Shown: positions 14,574-27,567, counted from the first letter of the stretch. The stretch: 64,000 bases of DNA from Octopus sinensis (GCF_006345805.1 NC_042998.1:9920001-9984000), one strand, 5' to 3'. The notes: generated by a model from the letters alone, not told the origin. Translations and numbers: made by a program.

Positions 14574-14976
14574 AATGGTGTCATTGAGACCCAAAGGTGT
14601 CCGGTATTGCTGAATAAGTGCTATAGACAGACCATAGTTAAGTTCCAGATTCGGTAATATTGCGAATAAAGGGTTCAACGTTGGTTCTATGCCAGCATGC
14701 GTATATAAGAACTTTTTGCGTAATGAGATTAAAAAAAAACAAGGATGTATAGATATTAGAGCATTTATAGATAGAAGGTCTTACAGCTGTTTCTAGGAAA
14801 TAGTTTCCAGGTATGCTTTGTATCTCCTGCAATTGCTATAACTTTTATGATTTAATTTATAAATTTTAAGAAGTTTGATTTAGATTGCTCAATGACATCA
14901 GTATTCTTGATCGCTCAACAATAACCACATCCACATCCATTCTAGTTTTCCTATCTAATAGAATTGAAACAGTATA

Positions 14977-15362
14977 GGCGCAGGAGTGGCTGTGTGGTAA
15001 GTAGCTTGCTAACCAACCACATGGTTCCGGGTTCAGTCCCACTGCGTGGCATCTTGGGCAAGTGTCTTCTGCTATAGCCTCGGGCCGACCAATGCCTTGT
15101 GAGTGGATTTGGTAGATGGAAACTGAAAGAAGCCTGTCGTATATATGTATATATATATGTGTGTGTGTCTGTGTTTGTCCCCCTAGCATTGCTTGACAAC
15201 CGATTCTGGTGTGTTTACGTCCACGTCACTTAGCGGTTCGGCAAAAGAGACCGATAGAATAAGTACTGGGCTTACAAAGAATAAGTCCCAGGGTCGATTT
15301 GCTCGACTAAAGGCGGTGCTCCAGCATGGCCGCAGTCAAATGACTGAAACAAGTAAAAGAGT
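14977..15362 (+). mobile_element. tRNA-derived CORE-like SINE, family A
   Basis: A box TGGCTGTGTGG, B box GGTTCAGTCCC, CORE-like TCTTGGGCAAGTGTCTT, internal (TG)n, tail GAAACAAGTAAAAGAGT. Confidence 0.9.
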
Positions 15363-15642
15363 GAAGAGAGTGTGTTCACACCTGATTAATACGAAATATA
15401 TTGCTAATTACAGGTCAATACAATTAATGTCATATTATGAATATTGGGTATTTTTCTTAATGCAAGACTTATTTGGAACTAGAAAGGAAAAATCAGTTGT
15501 TCAACTTGAGACTATTATAATAATAATAATAATAATATATATATAAGAGTATTATGTTTTTCTCAATAGCTTTAACAGCATAAACCTGCCTTCCTTGAGA
15601 ATTAAATCTTCTTTGCTGAGACAGTTGGTTTAAAGTTTATTT

Positions 15643-15697
15643 CATCATCATCATCATCGTTTAACGTCCGTTTTCCACGCTAGCACAGGTTGGACGG
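15643..15697 (-). mobile_element. 3' tail fragment of SINE family E with (GAT)n end
   Basis: CATCATCATCGTTTAACGTCCGTTTTCCACGCTAGCACAGGTTGGACGG matches the tail ends of copies near 22410, 23696 and 31170. Confidence 0.8.
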
Positions 15698-15703
15698 AAG
15701 AAT

Positions 15704-15707
15704 AAAA
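15704..15707 (-). terminator. Pol III T4 terminator of tRNA-Leu
   Basis: TTTT on the minus strand beginning 8 nt downstream of the tRNA 3' end. Confidence 0.6.
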
Positions 15708-15714
15708 CGGTACT

Positions 15715-15798
15715 TGTCAGAAGTGGGATTCGAACCCACGCCGGGAAGACCCGACTGCGACCTGAACGCAGCGCCTTAGACCGCTCGGCCATCCTGAC
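15715..15798 (-). tRNA. tRNA-Leu(CAG), intronless, long variable arm
   Basis: GTCAGGATGGCCGAGCGGTCTAAGGCGCTGCGTTCAGGTCGCAGTCGGGTCTTCCCGGCGTGGGTTCGAATCCCACTTCTGACA: acceptor, anticodon (CTGCG/CGCAG, anticodon CAG) and T stems pair; canonical A and B boxes. Confidence 0.96.
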
Positions 15799-16371
15799 TG
15801 GCTATTTCTGTATCAGAAAATTAGATCGTTAACCTGAAGCTTTGCACATTTTAATGTTCAGTGTTTGGGGAAAAAACCCCACTAAAATACTTAATGCAGA
15901 ATTCTTAGTCAGTCATGTGTGAAGGGAGAAAACTCTGCAGTACTTGTTTTATTATTTTCTGTTATCTCCCCTGAAATCTGTTTTTGAACTTCTTCTCAGG
16001 CTCCACTTCATAAGTTTGAAGCGAGTATAGTATATTTATGGAAATAAGTATTTGCAGTAAGTTTTGTTTAATGAGTTCAGACACAAGTTACAATAGATTG
16101 TGAGGAAATATTTATTACAACTGCAGAAATTTTATAAAGCAAACTGGTGGTTAAAGAAAAACCGGAATACTGTGTCACAATAATTCTGGTTGGAAGAAAT
16201 GGTAAACTTTTAACTTCAAAGATTCTGGCTTGAAATCTGTTCAACTGCAGCTTGAAATTACGGTTAATATATAGTTTGACTCCCCATCACCTAACTGAAA
16301 AAAAAAGAAGTCTATTAGGTGTAGAAAACGAATATGAAAATAAAAATGTGTGCAAACAAACGTGAGGTGGG

Positions 16372-16690
16372 GAGAGGATTTTCGGAAAATTCACACGATC
16401 TGATTTTTCCCTCATAACTATCAGGAAAAGGGATATATATCAATGAAATTTCAGAGAAATACCATTCAATGGCATAAATTGCGATTATAAAGAAATTTGT
16501 GGGAAAAAATGTGTTCCGAAGGGAAGGCGAGAGGACTTTCGGAAAATTCACACGATCTGAATTTTTCCCTCATAACTTTCAGGAAAATTGATATATATCT
16601 ATGAAATTTTACAGAAGCACCTTTCAAACGGCATAGATTACAGTTTTAAAGAAATTTGTGTGGAGAGGACCGTTGGAAAATTCACACGAT
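16372..16690 (+). repeat. ~135-157-bp tandem unit (about 2.3 copies)
   Basis: GAGAGGA(C/T)...GGAAAATTCACACGATC at 16372, 16529, 16663; inverted copy at 19522-19740. Confidence 0.85.
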
Positions 16691-17287
16691 CATACTTTTC
16701 TGATAGAAAATATTTTTTCTTACACACACACTTCTTTTTTTTTTTATTGCTTATAATTCCATCAATATTTCACAAATTTCTTTATTATCGTTTTCTATGC
16801 TGTTTGAAAGGCCATAGAGAGGTTTACTTGAAATCTGCCCTTCGTTTCATCTTCGATATCGTCTCATTTGAAAACTAGTGTGCTCGAGAATGGAGAATTT
16901 CAATATTTGTCAAAATTGTAATTTTGGTTACTTTGAAATACATCAACACTTTTCATTGAAACTATCAAAAGTCAGTTGAGTTTCTTCGTTCAGACGGAAT
17001 ATTATCAAACATAGTGATATACCCACATTGAAGCAACGATGGGAAAATGTCTCACCCTAACAATTTTGAAGATAGCACACAGAAACATACACACACAAAA
17101 CATTGAAAGACTTTGGCGAGACATAAAAGAATCAATCCAAGAACCAGGAATTCGATCAAAATATCTTGCAAGATACTTATAACTTCTCAATACGAAGAAA
17201 GTCTGTTGCACAAGTTCTTCATAAAGGCAGCCAAGTTATACCTCCTCTCTCTGACCGTTGCCATCAAATAACTACCAACCAAGACGA

Positions 17288-18515
17288 ATGTATGTATGTA
17301 TGTATGTATGTATGTATGTATGTATGTATGTATGTATGTATGGATGTATGTATGTATGCATGTATGTATGTATGTATGTATGTAGGTATGTATGTATGTA
17401 TGTAGGTATGTTTGTATGTATGTATGTAGGTATGTTTGTATGTATGTATGTATGTATGTATGTATGTATGTATGTATGTATGTTTGTATGTATGTATACA
17501 TGTATGTATGTATGTATGTAGGTATGTATGTATGTATGTATGTTTGTATGTATGTAGGTATGTTTGTATGTATGTATGTATGTATGTTTGTATGTATGTT
17601 TGTATGTATGTATGTATGTATGTATGTTTGTATGTATGTATGTATGTATGTATGTTTGTATGTATGTATGTATGTTTGTATGTATGTAGGTATGTTTGTA
17701 TGTATGTATGTATGTATGTATGTATGTATGTATGTGTGTATGTATGTATGTATGTATGTATGTATGTATGTATGTATGTATGCATGTATGTATGTATGTA
17801 TGTATGTTTGTATGTATGTATGTATGTATGTTTGTATGTATGTATGTATTTTGTATGTATGTATGTATGTATGTATGTTTGTATGTATGTTTGTATGTAT
17901 GTATACATGTATGTATGTATGTATGTTTGTATGTATGTAGGTATGTTTGTATGTATGTATGTATGTATGTTTGTATGTATGTTTGAATGTATGTATGTAT
18001 GTATGTTTGTATGTATGTATGTATGTATGTATGTATGCATGTATGTATGTATGTATGTAGGTATGTTTGTATGTATGTAGGTATGTTTGTATGTATGTAT
18101 GTATGTATGTTTGTATGTATGTATGTATGTATGTATGTATGTTTGTATGTATGTTTGTATGTATGTATGTATGTATGTATGCATGCATGTATGTATGTAG
18201 GTATGTTTGTATGTATGTAGGTATGTTTGTATGTATGTATGTATGTATGTTTGTATGTATGTATGTATGTATGTATGTTTGTATGTATGTTTGTATGTAT
18301 GTATGTATGTATGTATGCATGCATGTATGTATGTATGTAGGTATGTTTGTATGTATGTAGGTATGTTTGTATGTATGTATGTATGTATGTTTGTATGTAT
18401 GTATGTATGTTATGTATGTATGTAGGTATGTATGCATGCGTGCATGCATGCATGTATGTATGCATGCATGCACACATGCATGCATGTATGTATGTATGTA
18501 TGTATGCATGCATGC
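17288..18515. repeat. ~1.2-kb compound (ATGT)n tetranucleotide satellite
   Basis: Directly visible, with TTGT, AGGT and ATGC variants. Confidence 0.97.
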
Positions 18516-18516
18516 A

Positions 18517-19100
18517 CGCTCAGAGACGTGACTTCTCGCCAAGCTGGTCGTTTATGGTTAGAGTATTCTCTTTCAAAGAAAGCCTTGTTTTGTTTTGCTT
18601 GTCAGCACTTTAATACTTCTGCTCAAGCTGATACTTGTTTTATTAAAAATGGATATTCTAATTGGCATTTGCATAAAGAAAGAAAAAAACAAAGGTTTAA
18701 ATGAGCACGCAAACTCCGCATCCCATATCCAAGCTATGGTAACATGGAAGGAACGCCAACAGCGTTTATCCACAACTTCCGTGTCTTCAATCTTGCAAAA
18801 TGATCAGTTGAGCAAAAACCCTTATTATATCAGTTCCATTGTTGATGTTGTTCATTTTCTTTGTGCAAACGAATTGCCTTTTCGAGGAAAACGAAAATGA
18901 AGCTTTTCAGGATCTTTATTCGGAAGATGATACGTAGCTTTGTGGTCTTTTTAAGAAACTATTCCAGTACACATTAGAGAAAGACTCAAAGCTAATGGAA
19001 TGTTACAGCACGATTCCAAAAAATGTGACCTCCACCTCAGAAGCAATGCAAAACGAAATCATTGAATTGTTGAGAAGACGCACTGTCAGCCTCGTGGTCG
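18517..19100 (+). pseudogene. Decayed hAT-type transposase N-terminal fragment (TTF zinc finger + DUF4371-like)
   Basis: WLEYSLSKKALFCFACQHF...GYSNW, HANSASHIQAMVTWKER...VHFLCANELPFRG and MQNEIIELL are typical of ZMYM1/hAT-Ac-like transposases; broken by frameshifts. Confidence 0.8.
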
Positions 19101-19521
19101 ATGTTTATTTGAAATTATATAAAAATAATGTTTAAAAATTTGGTTGTTATCTCTAGCATGTGGAAAGACCTTTTAGGCTTAACTTTGTGCTTGTTGAAAA
19201 TCATGTTTAAAAAATATTGGAGTCGATACATTCGACTAAAAATTCTTCGAGGTGATGCCCCAGCATGGCCTCAGTTTAGTGATTGCAACAAGTAAAATGA
19301 AAATAAAAACGAAATATATCAGAAGTTTTGACCAGGTTAGGCGTCAAGAAATGTGACAAAAAGAAAAAAAACTAAAAAAATAACCGAAAAATATAACCAT
19401 GGGGCTTTTGTCCACTTTCACACTTTAAGTAGGAGCTTTTGTCCGTACCCCTGTTCAGCACCCCCAGTTGCAATCGGCTGGCTACGTGGGTGGATAGATG
19501 GATGGATCCCCCCCCAACCCC

Positions 19522-19740
19522 CAAATTCTTTATAATCGTAATCTATGTCGTTTGAAAGGTGTTTCTGTAAAATTTCATGAAGAGATATCCATTTTCCTGA
19601 AAGTTATGAGGGAAAAAATTTGATCGTGTGAATTTTCCGAAAGTCCTCTCCTCACCCCTTCGGAAAACACTTTCCCCTCAATTCTTTTTATAATCATAAT
19701 CTATGCCATTTGAACAGTATTTCTATAAAATTTCACCAAT
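19522..19740 (-). repeat. Inverted copy of the 16.4-kb tandem unit
   Basis: Reverse complement contains GGAGAGGACTTTCGGAAAATTCACACGATCAAATTTTTTCCCTCATAACTT, matching 16529-16580. Confidence 0.85.
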
Positions 19741-20188
19741 ATACCGAAATTATATTATCTTCACGTCAAGGTCCCTGGTCGCTTGTAGCAAAAACTCTCC
19801 TCCCTGGGGACTTAATGAGCTAGAACTTCCCATTTTATAACTGATGAATAGATGTCAGGCCAGTCCAATACGTAAAAGATGTGGGTGGTCCAAGTAAAAC
19901 TAAATGGACCTAACCATTTCAAGGTGAACCAAAATGGGCAGTTAAAAGTAAAAATCTATAATGCGGGCAGCTAAAGTTCACAAGCGCTCAGTTCTAATGT
20001 TACCTACGTTCTGCCAAAATATTGTTATGGCTTACTATCAAAAACCATTTTGAATTCCACATTTTTTTCTGTGTCAGTTATTATTTATAAATATAAACCA
20101 CAAAGGGAGAAACAGTGACATGATGAGTTAGTCTATATAGATATAATGAATTAAACATCATCTACAAGAAATCATTGTTTCATACAAA

Positions 20189-20615
20189 CAGGGCTGGATT
20201 AACTCTTAAACAAGATAAGTGCATGCTTAGGGGACCTCATTTTTGATTCCCTGTGTCAGATTTAAAAGAAAAGTTATCAAGATGCAAGTAATGAACTGTT
20301 ATAGATTTTTTAAAAAATGAAAAAGAAAAAAACTGAAAAATTTTAATTTTTATGTTGCCCTTGTTTTTTTTTGTAAATAAATTGTTTATTTATATCACTT
20401 ACTGGCTATTTATTGTTAAGTAAATTATTTTTTTTTAATGTCATATTTAATATAATTGTGAGGTCTAGTCTCAAATACGGCCAAGAAGGAAACTAAATTT
20501 TTAATGTATTATTTCACATTCAACACTTATGACTTGTTAATAAGACATTGGAAAGTTCAAAGAGGCACCAGTGCTGGACTGTGGCTATAGGCATCACTTG
20601 ATTTTAATCAAGTTT
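20189..20615. mobile_element. Degenerate hAT-like MITE related to 45125-45514
   Basis: Left end CAGGGCTGGATTAAC...GCATGCTTAGGGG resembles the 45125 element; right end decayed, no TSD seen. Confidence 0.4.
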
Positions 20616-21337
20616 AAAATTTGGCAAGAATCTTGCTATTTTCATTAAATTATTCAATTATTTTCTCCAGTGGTGTATATTAGCAGTGATAGAGGAGTGT
20701 TAACATTATTCTAGTCAAGATCTTTGAATGGAATTTAAGGCAATAAAACATAACTCTGCTTGTCACAGTTTGCTTAACTAAAAAGCTGTTTGTACATCTA
20801 GTACATGGTTGGATGACTAACTTGAGGAAGAACATCTAGCAGTAAAAACAACTACAAAAGCAGCAAACTAGTGATGAAGCTACTATGTAACTATTCAACT
20901 TACTAGAAATGGCAGCCAAATCTCGCAAACATTACACCCTACTCTCTTAAACATGGAAAGATACATTGTCTAGTGTAGTTCTAGGTACAATATATGATGA
21001 CTAGATAAATTAAAAATAATTATGGGTGAATATCTTTGATCAAAGGACCCTTGGAATGGGGCTGGCCTGGGGTTAAATACGAAAATCTGCAACAACAAAC
21101 GATAGAACTTTCTAACAAGTCATCAACATCATTTAAAGTCTGTTTTCCGTGCTGGCATTGGTTGGATGGTTTTACAGAAGCTGGCAAGCCCAGGGGCCAC
21201 CAGGTTCTATAGTCAGTTTTGGCTTGGTTTCTACTGCTGGGTGGCCTTCCTAATGCCAACCACTTTACAGAATGCACTGGCTGTTTTAGACATGGCACCA
21301 TCACCAGTGCTTTTTACATGGCATCAACATATGTAAC

Positions 21338-21380
<43 letters not shown>

Positions 21381-21382
21381 TG

Positions 21383-21584
21383 AAGGCTGCGAGCTGGCAG
21401 AAACATTAGCGCGCTGGGCGAAATGTTTAGCGGTATTTCGTCTGTTGTGTTCTGAGTTCAAATTCCGCCGAGGTCGACTTTGCCTTTCATCCTTTCGGGG
21501 TCAATGAATTAAGTACCAGTTTTGCAACTGGGGTCATTGTAATTCCTTTGTCCTTGTTTGTCCCCTTGTGGGCGGTAAAGAAAT
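21383..21584 (+). mobile_element. SINE family B within (TAA)n
   Basis: Same head, core and tail as 1623-1852, with an internal deletion near the tail. Confidence 0.85.
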
Positions 21585-22409
21585 AAATAATAATAATAAT
21601 AAACAATGACAATAAAATAAAATAAATAAAAGGATGTTAGCTATATTTCTTAAATATTTATTAAACAAAATCTATTGCAGGTGAACCACTGATATTCAGT
21701 ATAGGTGCAGACAAGGACAGCATGATTAAGAAGTTGAGGTGAATCACACCATACAAGTATTTTCTCTCATACCATTATCAAGGAAACAGAGCAGATGGAA
21801 ACCATTTAGAAGGCTGTCAAATGGACTAATCCTTTTCTAGGGTGGCAGGTCTAATCCATTATGCAGTCTAACAACAGTTTCTGGTTGTCGAGCGATTCTA
21901 GTGGTATTTACACTTGTAGGAAGCATTTAGACCCTGTCTCCAGTCTGGAGATAACTCAGTCTCTTCGGCGGCTCCTTCCTAATGTAGTTACACATCAATT
22001 GAGATTTCTGACCCCTTCTAACCCTGTAAAAGGTCATGTGTACTGCATTTCATCTTCTGACTAAGCCATAGAATAAACAAATACATATTTGTTTCCAGAG
22101 CAATAAATGTCAGAAAGAGTGACACATGAAGTAAATGTCTTACTCTGTTCCATCCAGTACGGGGTTTCAAATCTGAACAGAGGTGATAACATTACAGCTT
22201 TTGAGAATCTTAGATTCCTCTTTAGAGAGCTTAGTGGATAGTAGAAGATTATTAAAAACAGCTTTCAGATAAAAGTCATTAGGAGTAGCTGAAACAATAT
22301 CGTACTAAAACATGCATTCTGTAGTGTAGTTAGTAATACAGCCACCTGGTGAATGTTAGTTACATAGTTCAAGCCCTGCTACTGGGCCTGTTTCTCTTTT
22401 AGTTCACTT

Positions 22410-22600
22410 TCATCATCATCATCATCATTGTTTAACGTCCGTTTTCCGCGCTAGCACGGGTTGGATGGTTTGACCGGGGTCTGGGAAGCCAGAAGGCTGC
22501 ACCTGGCTCCAGTCTAATCTGGCAGTGTTTCTACAGCTGGATGCCCTTCCTAACGTCAACCACTCCGCAAGTGTAGTGGGTGCTTTTTACGTGCCAATGC
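22410..22600 (-). mobile_element. SINE family E fragment
   Basis: (CAT)n + GTTTAACGTCCGTTTTCC... + GCTGGATGCCCTTCCTAACG motif. Confidence 0.8.
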
Positions 22601-23266
22601 ATTACTCTTTAATTATTATTAATGACAGAAGCAGTGTTAATACCAAAAGGCATTATTTATATCCAATTTAACAGTAGGAGAATGGGGCTCGTGGGGTCGG
22701 AGCGTAAGCCATCTCTCTGCTTCATTTCATGTTTGTATTTCATTCTTGTTGTATCTCATTCGATTTCATTATATTTTGTAAAATTTTTAAAAGTCATATA
22801 ATCATTGTGTCTGACCCCAATCAGGCTGTATTGTCCCCCTCTATGTTTGGGCCCTTGTGGCTAATAAAGAAATTGGATGCCTAATTAGAACACCAAATAC
22901 TGTGTTATTAGCCTTGAGAGGTCCTCTTGTAAGCACTTGGTGCATAAAAGAACACACAGATAGATAGTAGCAGACAAAATTCTTCAGTCATGAATCCCAG
23001 AATTTCCATATCACATGATTTCGGCCTGTTGGACCTCATCAGTAGGAAGCACTGGTCACTGCATGCAAGGTCCTTAGTTCAAATCTTTATCCTTTTTATC
23101 ATCATCATCATTGTTGTTGTTTAACGTCTGCCTTCCATGCTGGCATGGGTTGGACAGTTTGACAGGAGTTGACCAGGCAGCAGCCTGCACCAGACAGTGT
23201 CTGTTTTGGCATGGTTTTTATGGCTGGATGCCCTGCTTAACATCATTGTACATATATTATATATAT

Positions 23267-23668
23267 GGCGCAGGAGTGGCTGTGTGGTAAGTAGCTTGCT
23301 AACCAACCACATGGTTCTGGGTTCAGTCCCACTGCGTGGCATCTTGGGCAAGTGTCTTCTGCTATAGCCTTGGGCCGACCAATGCCTCGTGAGTGGATTT
23401 GGTAGACGGAAACTGAAAGAAGCCTGTCGTATATATGTATATATATGTGTGTGTGTGTGTGTGTGTTTGTGTGTCTGTGTTTGTCCCATTAGCATTGCTT
23501 GACAACCGATGCTGGTGTGTTTACGTCCCTGTCACTTAGCGGTTCGGCAAAAGAGACCGATAGAATAAGTACTAGGCTTACAAAGAATAAGTCCCGTGGT
23601 CGATTTGCTCGACTAAAGGTGGTGCTCCAGCATGGCCACAGTCAAATGACTGAAACAAGTAAAAGAGT
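23267..23668 (+). mobile_element. SINE family A
   Basis: Full head to tail, as at 14977. Confidence 0.9.
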
Positions 23669-23695
23669 ATATATATTTGGATGTATATGTATATA

Positions 23696-23995
23696 TCATC
23701 ATCATCATTTCACATCCGTTTTCCATGCTAGCATGGGTTGGATGGTTCGACCGGGGGTCTGAGATCCCAGGAGGCTGTGCCAGGCTCCAGTCTGATCTGG
23801 CAGTGTTTCTACAGCTGGATGCCCTTCCTAACGCCAATCTCTCCGTGAGTGTAGTGGGTGCTTTTTACGTGCCACTGGCACAGGGGCCAGAAGAGGCTGG
23901 CAAATAGCCACAATCGGCTGGTGCTTTTTACATGTCACCGACACAGACGCCAGTCAGGCGGTGCTGGCATCAGCTACGTTCGGACGGTGCTTTAT
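23696..23995 (-). mobile_element. SINE family E with repeated GGTGCTTTTTACGTG modules
   Basis: Aligns with 31170-31478. Confidence 0.8.
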
Positions 23996-24660
23996 GTGTG
24001 TGTGTGTGTATGTGTTTTCATATTTTTCCTCCATCCAGCCACTTGACAACTCATGTTAGTTTGCTTATGATGCCATAACTTAGCAGTTTGGCAAAAGAGA
24101 CCAATAGAATAAGTACTAGAGTTGATTTGTTTGATGAACCCACGGTAGCAGTCCAATGATTAAAACAAGACATTCACATCATTTTTCAACTTAGAGCCCA
24201 AAACAAAAATAGAAAACAATATATTGCAAATTTATTTCTTGTTTTGTACATTTGTTTTTATTCATTAAATGTTTTATATTTAACAGGGGAAAATATAGAT
24301 TTACATTTATTTTCACAAAAAAACTGAAACTGACTTTGACATCAACAAAAGCTAATTTCAACAAATAAATGTCAATAAATATTAAATTTCATGATAAAGC
24401 ATTTGATAAAAGAAAATTATCACACATTATTTTTCAAACAAGTTATTTAACTGAAACACTTTGTACAAAGGATAAAAAAAAAAAAACCCACCATCTTTTA
24501 AGTTTTTTTTTATAATTAATTATTATTATGACTGAGGATCTGATCACAATGTGTTTCTAATCTGTAGGCCAAAGGTTTGCAGTTGTTTAGCAATTCCATC
24601 ACTTAATGTTGTCTCCTTCTCATTCTTATATTAGCTGAATACTACTTTATAATCATAATA

Positions 24661-25047
24661 GGAAGGAAGCACTCCGTCGGTTACGACGACGAGGGTTCCG
24701 GTTGATCCGAATCAATGGAACAGCCTGCTCATGAAATTAACGTGTAAGTGGCTGAGCACTCCACAGACATGTGTACCCTTAACGTAGTTCTCAGGGATAT
24801 TCAGCATGACACAGAGAGTGACAAGGCCGGCCCTTTTAAATACAGGTACAACAGAAACAGGAAGTAAGAGTGAGAGAAAGTTGTGGTGAAAGAGTACAGC
24901 AGGGATCACCACCATCCCCTGCCGGAACCTTGTGGAGCTTTTAGGTGTTTTCGCTCAATAAACACTCACAACGCCCGGTCTGGGAATCGAAACCGCGATC
25001 CTATGACCGCGAGTCCGCTGCCCTAACCACTGGGCCATTGTGCCTCC
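24661..25047 (-). mobile_element. SINE family C, full length
   Basis: tRNA-like head plus tail ending ...CGTAACCGACGGAGTGCTTCC; matches 1-308. Confidence 0.9.
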
Positions 25048-26841
25048 ACTATAATAATAATAATAATGAACTTATTGTATAGAGTGCTCAGGTGGTGCAC
25101 TACAACTCACGGGGAAAAGAAACTAAAACTGCAGCAAGTAGGAAGTGAACAGAGAAAAAGTCTAGAAAAAAAACGTGGTTGGGGCACCAGGTGTATTCTT
25201 GTTGAATTTCAGAAAGCATGGAAGTTTTGAAGGGTGTAGTGTCTTGACAACTAACAACTGATGCAGATAGTTTATTCCATACTTCAGTATGTTCAAGCAG
25301 AACTGAGCAAGGGATGAAAGTTACTTAACAACTATCACAGCAACAACAACCCTACTCTTGCAAAAAGTGAGAGAGAAAGTATTTAGTAAATTACCTGGAG
25401 TGCAGTAAAACTCCTGAGTGATCAACCAAGAGTTCAACACTCCATGTATTAAAAACTATCTTAACATGAAAGAAAATACCAATTCTACATCATATGATGT
25501 AACCATATCAGACATCATTTCAGTCCAACCTTTAATATCCAGACTCTGTTGAGACTAATGCTGTTAGTCATTGAAGTAATGGAATTGCAGAAGACTCTAT
25601 GTCAAACACAGGTAACCCTTTTCAAGAAGTGAGACATGGTTTATCATCAGATGGCTTGCACCATTAACCCTTTCATTACTGTATTTATTTTGAGATGCTC
25701 TGTGCTTCTTTCAATTACTCTAAATATAACAAAGAATTTAGTAAAATAACTTGGTTACCATTCAGCTAGTATTAGGAACATAAATTGTGACTAAAGTTTG
25801 GTGGAAGATTTTAATTCAAAACTTATGAAAACAAGACATTTGTACTACAGAGCCAGGGGCAGTTTCAGCCAGGTTGGTAACGAAAGGGTCAGACTTCAAG
25901 ATAATTCTTCGATTGTTGTGCCATTCAGAAAGTCCCACAGGCTACAGTTTGCCTGCAAGAAATCACTCATATAGTCACACCCTACTGTCTTTAAGTTATG
26001 AATGCATTAAATAATGTAGTCGTAGATATATACTCAATCTGAAATAATAATGAAAGGGGAAAATCCGAGATGGACATACTTGAAATACCTTTGGCCATAA
26101 GTTTACACAATTTGGGCTGATCTGGGGGTTAAAGATCATTTACACTTTACTTTTATTCCTCTCAACTCTGGCAAAGGTTAAATTTGTACTTTAATTCTTT
26201 TGGAATTAACGAATAACAATACCCAATGATATAGTTTTTGTTTTTTAAATTCAACTCGCTGTAATCATTATTTTTGTGAAAAGGAACTCCAGACTTGCAA
26301 AAAAAAAAAAAATTATTAATTATATTTACAAATTATCAACATTACTATATGACGATAAATTAATATTATAATTCTTTTTTTTTTTTAAGTATAACACAAA
26401 GCTAATCTTGATCTGAGTCAAGCCCCCCCCCCCACTGCATCAAGTCATACTTTTTGGGGAAGAGAAGCGGGTCGTGTTATATAGGGACATAAGTAACTTT
26501 AAAAGAAATGAGTAGAAAACTAGTCAACAATTCTAGAAAGTTGTCGTGTATTTATTATCTCCCTTTCATTCCACCGTCAACGGCACCACCTCTACATCTA
26601 CCAACTCCATTTAGTTATTATCTCCCTTTCATATCGCTGATAACATCGCCCACCTCTACAACTATCACGTGGACTCAAGCATCCCTATTCAAGAATTTAT
26701 TTAAGGTTTTATAGTCCTTTATTTTCCTGCTAAATTTGGCTGATTTTGGAAATTCAGTTACTTGCTTGAATTCATTGTTGGAGCATTGAACAGTGAAACG
26801 GGTTATGTGGTGGCTGTATTCAAGTAGATTGAATATATGGG

Positions 26842-26969
26842 CATAGGCTCGGGAACAGGGGGTGCAAATACACCCCCTGTAATTTTTGTGGAGCAATGAA
26901 TAAGCTTTGAATATCTTCCTAAAAAACTGGGTTTGCAGCCCCTAAGCAAATTTCGTTCCTGCACCTCTG
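26842..26969. mobile_element. Small hAT-like MITE
   Basis: Imperfect ~15-bp TIRs CATAGGCTCGGGAAC / CAGAGGTGCAGGAAC; decayed 8-bp flanks TATATGGG / TATATAAG. Confidence 0.55.
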
Positions 26970-27334
26970 TATATAAGTTAAGAAAGTAGTGATGAGACTT
27001 GCTCAACGGCATAATGAAATGGCTTATGTAACAACACCAAACTCATCTATGACGGAGACAAAAGCAATTAAGCTACGTCATATGATCATTGCTGGGAGCA
27101 GAGTTTGAATTTAAACACGAGTCCGTAATCCAGCCTCTTAACCACTCAACAACAAATGATATCAAGATGTTCTTGTATGTCATTCCTTTGCTCTCACAAA
27201 AATATATTGATAGTGTTACCATTAAAATTATGTTAAAGGATTTACAGACCGTCAGAGAATATATTAAGGAACTGCTAGATACGTTAATGCATTACCTCTA
27301 TGTTCTTATGTACATGACCCATTTTCTTCTTATA

Positions 27335-27567
27335 TATTTCTTTATTGCCCACAGGGGGCTATACATAGAGGGGACAAACAAGGACAGACAAAGTGATTAA
27401 GTCGAGTACACCGACACCAATGCATAACTGGTACTTATTTAATCGACTCCGAAAAGATGAAAGGCAAAGTCGACCTCGGCAGAATTTGAACTCAGAACGT
27501 AACAGCAGACGAAATACTGCCAAGCATTTTGTCCGGCATGCTAACGATTCTGCCAGTTCGCTGCCCT
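27335..27567 (-). mobile_element. SINE family B
   Basis: Reverse complement of the 1623 element. Confidence 0.85.

Noticed and set aside
14951-15546. Recurring ORFs such as MSSNARG..., MTTDAGVF..., RPRKDERQSRP...
   Set aside because: Chance translations of SINE families A and B, repeated at every copy.
17187-18542. 451-aa HTYI and MYVC ORFs
   Set aside because: (ATGT)n lacks stops in these frames; no protein signal.
21850-22270. Possible LINE remnant
   Set aside because: No diagnostic motif could be read with confidence.
24990-25047. SINE heads as tRNA genes
   Set aside because: A/B boxes are present but there is no complete cloverleaf, and they continue into SINE bodies.
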